Assembly (NCBI GenBank): GCA_002633005.1
Contig: NMRA01000228.1
Coordinates: forward strand, 484,120-548,119
Length of the DNA: 64,000 nt
Reading direction: 5' to 3'
Source of the DNA: Phoronis australis
Lineage: Eukaryota; Animalia; Phoronida
In this document: piece after piece, positions 29,601 through 41,600 of the stretch
Layout of the letters: every line of letters begins with the position of its first letter
Position numbering within the stretch: the stretch's first letter is position 1
Made by a program: the position numbers and the translations under genes
Notes under the pieces: generated by a model
Database searches by the model: none
What the model was told of the DNA's origin: nothing
The model's input: only the letters and a program-made list of their open reading frames with translations

Positions 29601-32600
29601 TATTTTGAAGGTTTTATCCACAAGGCTACGACAACCATTTGATATGCTGCGACTACTGTGTTGTTTCGCTATCACCAACCCAGTTAAAATGATAGTAAAA
29701 AAGCTAAACAGAAATGCTTACCTTCTTTGCAAAGTCACAAGCCTCCTTGGTTTGGTCCATTATTTCGAACAAGAACACAGAATAATTGAGTGCGAGTCCA
29801 AGGCGAATTGGGTGACAAGCTACCAGTTTTTCCTCTGCTATTCCTTGCGATTCCTTGTACACCTCACTGGCCTTCTCTTGTATGCCTAAAAAGTAGGAAA
29901 TGATGTGCAGGGTATACGACCAACAATTTGAAGGCTATGAGCTGACAGCACAGTACCAGTATCAAGTGAAGACAACGATAAATGACTGAAAACACCTTAG
30001 GGTCATGTAGAAACTCATCAAAAAATCTATGTATTTTAAGAAAATATCAACAAAACTATAGATTTAAACTCAGTAAAATTACATATTTTTTGAAAGCAGC
30101 AAGCCTTCTGAGGAATTTTGATTCATTCTAACTTTTCACCAATCTGGCGGGAAAGCATGGTACATTGATAGTAACACAATGATACCAATAAAATGTAAAT
30201 TTCATTCAAAATAAATGTTCACGATGAAATCTCAAACACGCTGTTACAGTATTCTAAATTCTTATTTATGGAACTATTTAGAGTTGTTTCAGGAACATTG
30301 TGAGTCCTATTTTTGACGGCCTCTCATGCAAAAGTGGGAAATATTAAAAACAATTTGGAAAACAATGCAAGAAGCTTATCATCTGAAAGTTTCATATGAA
30401 TCCAAACAGCCATTTCTGAGATATCATGTTCTGCACTGAGCCAAATTTGGACATTTTCTAGGATCCTACATAACCTTAAATTGAGTTGTACTGCATACAG
30501 ATAGGTTATTGATGGATTAGTAAGACAAAGAACTATGGTGAATACAATAACAGCACATAAAAGTGTTTTAGCATTAGGCAAGGACAACAAATGTTAAAAT
30601 GTAGTTTGCTTGAAAGGAAAAAAATTAGCAAAACATGGACACACTATTACATTGCCACTTTAGCAGTTCTAAAAGTGAAACAGTCATTTGGTGGTTAACT
30701 GCTACCAAAATTTCAGCACAAGAGTCAATATCACATGCTCCCCAGGTCCAGGATTAGTGACACAGAGAAAAGGAAAGCATTACTCAATAAGCATAACACT
30801 GCAGGTTATGATAAACATCAAATGTCCTAAGTGACTGAACAGAAAATTGTAGAGGTAATATTGTTATCATTCACCGAGTTCAGGAAAACAAATCGTTCAA
30901 GGATCTTGAGCATTTCTGATGTTTTTTTTAAGCACTCAAACTCAGATCAAGTTTTTTGAATAGTTCTTTATGAAACATCAGACAGAAGCCCTATTGAGAA
31001 ATGCGCCAGCATCTGACAAGAGCAATACAGGGGGAATTGATATCGGCCTACCATGTGCATCACAGAACGAAAATACACCGGAGGCTCATTGTTTCAAACA
31101 TTTCCACACACAAGGGTAACACTACTGAACTTAAAATTGATTCTAAGGGTTGCAATGCATCATCCTAAAACTGGCAAATGCAAACCTGATAGATATTGAG
31201 ATTGCCCCCAATTACTAAAATTACCGATAGAGGGAACTGCAGCGGTTGCATCCATCCATTGGTCAACGCCACTTATGCTCACCCTATTCATACGTGCACC
31301 CAGAGGGACTCGGGGGGGGGCTAAAATGAGCCCCCCATTTGGCGAAGTGCGCAAAAAGGTCCGCCCCTGAGAAACAAAATGTCCGAAAAACTAAAAAACA
31401 GACAAAAGTCTGCTAAAAAGGCAGGAACTACCAAAATTTGGCAAAAATTAATCTCATTCTGGTTTCCATCATGACAAATATAAGAAAAAAATCTAACGAT
31501 TTACTTAACAGGAACAGTACAACAGCCAAATTCCAAGACGACCATCTAAAAGAACTTGATCGAAAGTGAGGCAGGCACAAAAAACTGCCATTAGGAGGGA
31601 TAGCAGCAGTCAAATTCATCTGAAAATCACCCAGTCACTAGAAAATGTGTCAAATTTCATGATTATCCTTCACCGTCAAATTTGGTAGAAAATGAAGCAG
31701 ATGTGAAACACTAAAATAGCAACTAGGGGGCATAGCGGTATTGGGATGTATCCAAACATCGAAGTCAGTCAAATTCTTGTCAATTAAATCTCAAAATATC
31801 TGGGAGGCAGTTGTATGCCATAAATGCTACAATTGCCATATGGGGGCAGAGCTGTAGTCGACACAGCTAATATCGAAAAACCTCAACTTGCCTTATACAC
31901 ATAAATGAAAACGTGCATAGTGACTAGATTTCCAAGCAGGGTTGTCCCTGAGCAAAAATTGACGTTTTCTTGTGTTTTAAACCAATATTGTGCCCCGTTA
32001 AGCTGGCTCTAAAACAAAAAGCCAATTAGACCTTTTACTATCCTCAAATTGATCTCATAACATTCCTTAATGCAATAGGATTTTCTTTATATGAGGGTAA
32101 AATCTCACTAATTTAGAACAGGATACAGTCAACAAATAGATATATGTACCGTAAACGTTCGGGTTAACGCTCTGGGCGGTTAAATTGGCAAANNNNNNNN
32201 NNNNNNNNNNNNNNNNNNNNNNTAAACAGACATGGGCATGGGCACTTAAACGTGAATTTTCAAGAAATCGCGGGTGGGCCGTTAACCGAACATGGGCACT
32301 TATTACGACAGACAACCGTAGTTGGAACGCGTGGCACATTTCAGAGCTTTATCGCCTCGTCGCCAAATGACGGTAAAAATGTCACAACAGCGGATGATCC
32401 CAACAAAGGTTCTGTTAATCATTTCAGTTAAATTTACAAAATTACTGAGTAATAGCTCATGTCGTCCTGCGGACTTGTTAGACCTGTACCTGTAGAGCGC
32501 AGACGTCCAGTGACTATGCAGTGCTGCATAGGTCACAGCAGAGTAATGTGGGAGCTGTCATATTCTGAGTTAGAGAGCAGTTCTAAGTTATATGTAATTA

Positions 32601-35600
32601 AAGTTTGAAAAACTAATTCAGGTGTTTGGGATGCTTATGTTCGAGACTCCGTGATTCAATGACATTTTCAACGTAAGGTTCTGCCGCTATTTCTTGTTAA
32701 AATGATGTTTTTACTTAAAACCAAATAAAAATTGAAACAAAATAGAACTAAAATGAATCTGTAAAATAATTTTTATCTTAAGCAACTACTCTAGCTTACT
32801 ACACATCTTATCATGCTAAGCTTCCACAGTGAAAATATCGTCTGCTAAAGTAGGTTACCATTGGTTACTGAGTTTAATGTCCAAGTCAAAGCATCCCGAC
32901 CACATGTTACTCGCATTCAAACTGGAGATTGATGATTTACAAGTGAGAGAAAATGATTAATTTTACTGGATTAAAGATGTCATTTTTACTGAAATTGTGC
33001 GCCTTATTTTTCATAACGTATAATTGTTGGTACAATGCCGTTTGTTGAACACGCGATTGTTGCGCGTGTTCATTTAAGTATTCTATGTTCATGCTTGATG
33101 ACATTAGCCGCTGAGACGTGCAGTGGTAAAGTCAGCCCGAATTTCTTGCGGACTGGGTTCATAACTGGCCTGGGTTTCCCGCCAAAATGTTATTTAACCC
33201 CGTTAGAAAACTAAATGGGTTATTTAACGGTTGTATTGACCATTCGAGGCTGATATTGTGGTATGATAAATAATAATGGAGTATACCATAGCTAGCATCA
33301 AAAGCGAATCTGTGGGGAGATCATAGCATGGATAGCATATGAAAACTGAAAAAAGTCAATTTTGAGAATTATTTTTGAACAAAATTGGTGAGATTTCACT
33401 GTACCAACTCAAGCCACAAGCAATACACTTTTGAATTTACAATTTTAGAGGTGGCCTACACCAATTAACTCTGAAGTGTTTTCCCCAGTCACCGATAGTT
33501 ATGATGTTGTGGCCTGTCACTTGCCTATTCAGTTCCCAGAGCATTAAGTTGGTAACAGAAATAGTATCCTGTCACAGTTAAGCAATGTTATGAGATGCAA
33601 TTCATGAGAGTAACAGCTAAACAGAGCAAAATGCAGCTTCAATTCACAAGAACACCAATGCACATTAAATCATTTTTAATGCAAAAAAATAGAAGTGAGT
33701 ACCCCTATGCAGTCCTATTTTTGTTAATCAGAAAAAACAGGAGTTTCAAGCATGACTCAAGACTGTGGTGCAAAACAGTTCAAATATGGTGCGGCACAAT
33801 TCGCATACTTTGTTCAGATGAGTATTTTCAATTCTTGGTTTACAGGTCAGACAAAGGCAAAGGTGGACAGGGAAGGTAAACATTGTAAACAAGTAATAAA
33901 TCAAGAATGGGGAAAAGTTTGACAAGGCATTCACTGGCCAACAGTTGTTCTGAATCTTTGAGTTGCACTTGAGTTGCTGTAAACCTCCACAAGAACCTGG
34001 ATAAATTTCCAGTTGCGGAGCCCATGTTTCACTCACCAAACAAAATTTTACAGAAAATCACACATTGGTTAATACTATTTCCACTAATGTTCTATTGTAC
34101 TAACTGAGCCAGACGCTAAGCAAACAAATTTTTGTCAATTGCTTGGTTATTGCATGAAATCAGTAAAGTAAAATATGGATTTTCGGTAATTTCCTTGGTA
34201 TTATTAATTAAAGTGTCAATAAACCCAACCTATATCATAAAAACTTTTGATTAAGACCACAAACTGCAATGAATTCAAAGTGATTACAAGGGATTCAAAA
34301 GAACAAATACTTCATAAATGGTTGAGATCAGGCTTGTCACATCGTGTCATTTTGTGCTCTGAGCGAGGTCTCAAAGAAAAAGTAACAGTCAGTTCTTTGC
34401 AAACCCCAAAAATTACTCCTCATCTGAGTGTCAAACCAGTCGAGACCAATTCAGATTTCGACACTATGCACTGAAACGTCAACTCACAAATGACAGTTAC
34501 CTACATTCAAAACTTAAAAAATGAGACATCTAAATTGAAAAAGCGGGCCCAATAACAAGGCGCAAGGGAGAAATATCCCTTGCGACACTCGAAAATGCCC
34601 TGGCAGCATTTTTCATCAAGTTGAACGGACAATTAGCAATAAATCGCACGCACAATAACTGCCGACTTGTCGATAAGTTCTTACCGGCAGAGGAAGCAGA
34701 TGACAGAGCACATTGTTTATGCATAGGTCTTGGACTGGCCCTTCACTTTTTGCCAACAACTCCAGACTCATTATTTACGGTAAAAATTCTCCAATTTAGA
34801 ACAGTTCATAGAATTTGGGACACAGAAACTCCTCCAAAAAATAGATTTTTTTTCATTCTTTAATTTGGGACAAAGGCAATTATGGCATAGACCATATTTC
34901 TCAAATTTCAGACACTGTGCTTTCAATATACAGAGTAGGTAATTTTGTCATCCTTCTGGTGGTTCTTTAATTAGGGAAGACCCATATTGCCTTTTTCTAG
35001 AATTTGGGACAAGCACCGATCTTGAGCAAACTAATGAATTTTTTACTGTCCCACATTGGAGAACTTTTACTGAACTTAATCTTCTAAGGATGACAGAACA
35101 GATTCGAATATATAGAACTCGCTGTTACCCATGCTTTTGCACAGGTTGCAGCTAGTGCCAAATGCAGAGGGAAATAGATAATTAGACTAAGAGTGAACAT
35201 TAGTGTTCATCGCAAGGGACAGGAATACTTCTTGAAAAGGCCGTGTTCAAAGCTTCAAGAGGAATTTCAGTCACTGTCAGATTTTAGTAGGCAACGTGTG
35301 TGTTCCCCAGACATTCTTTAAAGTGAAAACTAAGAATGCATTTAAAATACTGTGTAGTACACAAAGTATATAGATGTATTTACAAAAGTTGCATCAAAAA
35401 TGTACATACTGAGGTAGAAAGCCAGCTAGCTGTATGAAGACTATCGTCAACATACAGCTAGGTAGAGCTCCGTTAGAGACCGAAATTTCACCGAACTCCG
35501 GTGCTCAGCTTGTCACCTCGTCGTGAAACTTAGAGTTAACAATCTACTGGGGTGCATGCAGAATCTGGGAATGAACCGACATTCACCTTGCCCGTTACAG

Positions 35601-38600
35601 CCATTTACAGAAGTAATGAACGTTATTTTTCGTAATTCTCCGCCCTTTGTAACAAAGGAAATCTGTCAGTGTGGTCGTTTTGAAAACAGTGCATACTTGT
35701 GGCACCCACACGTATGCGCCATTTCCGAAAATTTTGCGATATCTCTCAAGTTTTTTCTGAAATTGGGTTTTCTGATCATAAAATAGTAAAACCTTGTAAA
35801 GAAATGAAACCACTTGCAATTGTTATGACATGTACGCAACCTGACATTTGATTGAATAACATGGAAATTGGCCAACAGGTGACGCAATGACGCCCAAAGA
35901 GCGCATCGCAATTTTAGCAGCAGAATAACTGAAGAACGCCAATTTTCCAACACCAGGGTAAATAATTTAGTTTACCCAAGAAAGAGTAAGGATTTTTTAA
36001 TGAGGCAGGCCCGGTGAGTTATATACGCGACAGAAGCCGGAGGGAGTAAAATTAAGCCGACGTGACGTCACCCAGACCATTGAGCCGACGAACTGACGTC
36101 ACCAAGACCAGTACGAAACTGGCCATCCTCCCTTCGCGTCTTCGAAAAAACGGCCCGCAAGAAAAAAATAGAACACCTCGAATCCAAATAGGGGGCCGGT
36201 GCAATACCTGGGACCAAGGGGGTGCCTAAACGGGCACAACGAAGGTCTGTAGTGGAGCGGGGGAGACGGAGTTTGATTATGGACCAAAGGCATTGTATTG
36301 GAGAAAAATACTTAGATGTCATCACCAATTTCAAAGTGAATTACAGGTGAATTCTTATTCAATTGTGTGCCATTTCTTTTGACTAGATTGCTACTTGCGG
36401 AATGTCTGCGACTTTTTTACAAAGTTGTCATAATGTTACAAAAAATCTGAGGTTGCAAGTTGCAGGTAACCAAATTCAGCCCTGAATCTTATAGCAGTGT
36501 ATGGTCTTAATCAAGTTTGCTTCTTATATGACGGAACGTGGATTTATAGCTAATTGAATAACTTCATGAGAAAAAATTGAAGAGGACATTTCATTTTAAT
36601 GAGGCATTTTGGGAATTTTTTGGTACCTCCATAGTCAGGGTCAGGGGGTCTGTAAACCAAGAAGTAAAAAATACAAACCTTATTTGTTACTTCATTTTAC
36701 AAGAAAAAATATTTCATGCAAGAAAATCATAACCTAAGCCACTAAGATAGGTTGCAAAACAAACAGTAACACAACATATAAAGAATGAAAATTTACCTGA
36801 TCAGCAACAGAAACATCCACCAATTCCAACCACCATAAAGAGAGATTGCGCAAAGAGACGACACAGTGCATAACAACTTTGAGAAACGAAATGACTGCAG
36901 TTGTTAAGTGATAGGCTTCCACTAGTTGTACTGAGCTGAAATTCTCACCACGGGTTTTTGAGACTAGCAGCTCACCCCACCCTTCCTGAATCATTCACAA
37001 AACTTTTAGAGTGCACCAGACATTATCACTCACTGACAGGTATAAATAATGACAGGTAGAATAGCAAGAGTAAGGCTGAGCTTTGAAATTTGCCCACAGT
37101 TGCATCGCAAAGGGAAGGCTTCTAGGTCTGCTTATTAGTGTAATAAAAATTGTCATTAGATGGCACAGAATACGTTGAACATTTAAGATTCAGAAGTGAA
37201 CATAAAACTAAAATTGCCACTAGGGGGCACAGGGTAGTTCAGAAGTTGTGGGCAGCCATTGACACAATTATAGGGCAACACCTGTAAAATTTCACAAACA
37301 TTAGCAAAGGATTAAAGGAGATAGAGCCATAGACTACAAGAAAACAAAATCACCATAAGGGGGCACCATAGTTCTCAGACTCATCCAAATACCTCTGTCA
37401 GCCATGGTCTTCTCGTCAACAACTCATTTTCTAAATTCTAAAGATGATCGTTTGATTGGTTAGGCTGATTAAGACTCAAATGACAAAATATGGACTCAAA
37501 AAAACAAAATTGGCCACTAGGTGGTGCAAAACATATCAAATACATGAATGTCCACCGCAACACTGTGAAGATACAGAGGTAAGCATAAATAAATTAAAAT
37601 TGGCACTAGGAGCCAAGATTAGTCTGAAACTTGCCGTCATCTGTGGTCAGCTATATAGGAACACATCCACCAAATTTAACAAACATCCTACAAAGGATAT
37701 ACAGCCGTCAACGCAAAAAAGCAAAAATCATCACTAGGAAGAATACCAAGTACAAAAACTTCCGAAAATCAATGTTAGTCACAGTTTTCTCGTCAGAAAA
37801 ACATCTGCCAATTTTCACAATGACAATTTTCACAATGATCCTTTGTGCCGTTTGGCGAATAGAGAGACAGATGCAAAAAAAAACGGATTCAGTGTTCTCC
37901 ACGACCACTTTTAACGTGTCGCAGTGTCCTGTTTGGCCGAGCGCGCATCTTGTTTAAATGTCCCGCGTCCTGTTTAAAATCCAGCGTCCTGTTTAAAAAT
38001 CCCGCGACCAGTTTAAAAATATAGGGACTACTTTGTAAAAAAGGCGTCATGGTCGTTAATAAGTTCTTCACTGGTTCAAATTATGTTTGACAGCAACTGG
38101 CCATAGCCCATTGAAACTGAACAAAGGCCAAGCCTAAGGAAGTCGGTGCTCCGTAGTGGACAGCCTAATCACCGGACTCACTCAAGCGGCAGACCGGGCC
38201 ACAAGTCTATTTATGACGTAACGCGGCGTGTAAATAATCTCTCGATTATCTTTTCAATTCATCCCGAACAACTAGTCAATTTAAACAAAGGCCCAGTGCT
38301 ACCTATACGCCTAATCCACTACCTGCTCACTGGAGGTGCAGTCTGGCACGAAAGTCGCTGATCATTGCGTTAGGCCTTTTCACTTTTGTAGTCACCTTTT
38401 TGTGCTCGGCGGAGAACTAATCATATTACCCATTGAAAATAAAATAATTAAGCCTCGGTGGTTAGTTCTGCAAAGTATATGTTGTCAGCAAAGACACCAT
38501 TGCACAGCACTTTATGCAACGGCCGTCTTCTGGGAGGCCAGAATTTTGGTTTTCGTAGCACATTTTTCAATATTCCGTGGGACCCACGACAGACTTTACT

Positions 38601-41600
38601 GATGCCAGTCTCAAAAACATTTGCATGAAACTGCCTTTGATGGTTCTCATTGGTTGTTGTTTGTGTATTTCTCACTTAGATGAATATTATTGGTTACTTT
38701 TTGTGCCACCGGCCCATCTCGTTGCCTTTTAAGGAGTTTCGTTTTCAGCATGAACATTATGTTTGTGGCGCATACTCCCTCTAAAAATCTGCTGAGCCGT
38801 TCGCAAACTCAACTTCGATAGTGGCTTTGACGTTTGCGGTTTCGGGGGAGTATTCCGAGAATTGGGACAGCGGGTGACGTCACTGAGTAAAGTTCAAAGT
38901 ATATGTGTTTCGCGCTGAGAAATTGCAGCCAAAATTACGTGCTCTCGTTGAAATCAAGCGGTAATATCTCGCGTAATCTCGCAGAGTTTTGTTTACCCAG
39001 CTTGGTCCTTACGTTAGTGAATCCTATCCTGACTTCCGTTACCAATTGACATGCGCATTCTACATACTTAGAAATGTCGTCTGCCGCGTGAAAGCGAAGC
39101 GCCGCTAAACCTAAGGATTATTTTAAAAACCGAGAGATGTTTCAGATACTGACGTTGACTCAGATGCAGATACGACAGATAATCCAGGGCTGGATGGTGG
39201 TGATATTGCCGGGCTCAGTCAACGAATCGAAGATATCCGTGTCACAAACGTTGAACCGAATTTTTGCCGACAACGTCAGACATCGGCAACACAAATGAAT
39301 ACAATTCGCTCTAACATGAGAATAGATGGTTTTCATCTGGAAGAATGAGTTTGTGACAATCCAGAAAATTGTGGGAATTCCATAGTTGCAAGCGTTTGAT
39401 AATTTAGTTGATATCTTTTTGGAAATATTGGTTGTCATCAACAGGCCTGACACTCCCGTCCAAGTAGGCCTAGATGGAAAACGCAAGTGAATTGTTTTGT
39501 TTACCCTACCTAATTTGCATTCAAGGGTGACTCGCGTATTGTGCACTTTTTACAAGAGTTCTGGTAGTGCAAAAGTGCAAAATGTTGTTCCAGCTTCAGA
39601 ACATCGAATTCAGACTGTAAGAATGTGCAAGATATTACATGTACAGACTGCTATCAAGACATAAAAATGTGACTGACTTAACAAAGACACTTCACTTGGA
39701 CTGTCTACGTCATAGGAAAGGTTTACTTCTGTGTTTGTACTTAGTTGACATTGACATCATTATTGAGTAGCCTAAAACATTTCCCCATACTGTATCAAAC
39801 ACTCTGTAGACTTCCATTTCAAAGTCATTGACTAAACAAATGGGTTATGACATATGTGATATGTTTGTAAATAAGTCCAACTTTTAAAAATAAAAATAAA
39901 AAGTTGAATACACACAGTTATTTGTTTGCACTACTGTGCATTACTATTAAAATGTGTGGGTAAAAATAAGGTGCACAAAAAACTGCACACTACCTTATGG
40001 AGAACGTTGACCGCCACGCGGTTCCGGCACGTTGCAGTTTTTACGCGTGCGACCTGTTTAGATTTTCAGATGTGGAGAACACTGGAATTAAATATTTTAA
40101 AAGTGCCCACTAGGGGGCAGAGAATCAAATATATCCGAAATTCAAAAGGTGTTGTGACCTCCTTAATAGCTACCTATTTGTTAAATTTCATAAAAAAACA
40201 ATCCAGGAACTCCAAAGATACAGAAGCAAACTTAAACAAGAGCAACGCAGAGCGTTGAAATGCGCCCATGAATGCATTGCAAATGGTGTGCTTTTAGGGT
40301 TATTTATTTATATCATAAAAATGGCCACTAGATGGCGCAAAAACGTACAGTCCATCCAAAAACAGGAACATGCCATATTTCATAAAAATCTGTCAAGGAA
40401 CTTCAGAGAAGCAAAGGAAAACAGAATAAAATGAAATTGCCACTAGTGGGCACAGTGTCCGTTGGATCTGCCTGAAAGTTGTCGTCGTCGTCGTCGTCTG
40501 TTGTTATCTTCATATAAAAACACTTACTAAATTTAATAAAGATCCTGCAGTGGGTTTAGGAGAAACAGCTAAGACTATGGGCGCAAAACAAAACAAAACT
40601 ACCACTAGGAGGCGCCAGAGTAGTCAGTCCCCATCATCAAGTGTCCTCTTCACACTGAGAACATTTACGCCAATTTTCAAAACCATCCCTAGAATGATTT
40701 GGTTGATACAGGGGTGGACGCCAAAAACAAGATTTGAAAACAGCAAAAATGGCCACTAGGTGGTGCAAAATACCTAGATTCCATCCAAGAACAGGAAGAT
40801 AGCGTCATCACACCAATGGATGCCCGTATTTAAAATTCTATGAAAATCTATTGAGGACCTTTGAAGATACAGAGTTAAACGTAAAAAACTAAAATTGCCA
40901 CTAGGGGCACACCAGTAGTCAGATCTGTCCGAAAGTCGTCGTCATCCGTAGTCAACATCATATAAATACAAAAAAACTGCCACTAGGAGGCACCTCAGTA
41001 GTCAAAGTCGTCAGAAAATCATCGTCACTCGTCCACTTCATAGTAAAAACATACATGCCAATTTTCACAATTACCCTGAAAACCGTTTGGTTGATAGATG
41101 AGTGGACGTCAAAAAACAAACTCGAAAACAGTAAAAATGGCCACTAGGTGGCGCAAACTACGTCGAATTCATCTGAAAACGGAGAGATAGCCTCACCTCA
41201 TTAAAAGATGCTTATACGCCAAATTTTATAAAAATATGTTGAGGAGCTTTGAAGATGCAAAGGTAAACGTAAAAAAACTAAAATGGCCACTAGATGGCAC
41301 ATCAGTAGTCAGGTAAGTCCGAAAGTCATCGCCATCTGTTGTTAACATCATATAAATATACTTACTAAATTTCGTAAAGATCCTGCGAATAGTTTAGGAG
41401 ATACAGCCATAGATGCAAAAAAACAAAACTGCCACTAGGAAGCGCCACAGTAGTCGAAGTCATCGGGAAATAATCGTCAGACGTCCACTTTATAGTAAGA
41501 ACATATGTGTCAATTTTCACAATCATCATTTGAGCGGTTTGGTTGACAGAGGGGTGGACGCAAAAAAACATACTCAAGAACAGTAGAAACGGCCACTAGG

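Noticed and set aside
2571-29885. The two cassettes as uncollapsed allelic haplotypes
   Set aside because: About 48% protein identity in exon 3 and non-homologous introns are far beyond allelic divergence.
33108-33180. tRNA/SINE-like A-box and B-box (GCAGTGGTAA ... GGTTCATAAC)
   Set aside because: The boxes are degenerate, no cloverleaf can be folded and no second copy was noticed.
34688-34752. Plus-strand peptide [21 protein letters not shown], resembling 14-3-3 exon 3 (AEE...[11 protein letters not shown]), as a possible inverted third copy
   Set aside because: The spacing is off by two codons, HPIR is absent, similarity ends immediately and there are no matching splice sites. Likely chance, although a tblastn/HMM test would settle it.
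36797-36936. AG/GT-bounded minus-strand segment in intron 2 with SLRNLSLW, reminiscent of LRDNLTLW
   Set aside because: It hits a stop within five codons in the frame set by exon 2 and has no other 14-3-3 similarity.
39074-39560. Acidic open stretch and 128-aa ORF in a CpG-rich region
   Set aside because: No recognisable domain and interrupted by stops. Probably transposon debris that I cannot classify.
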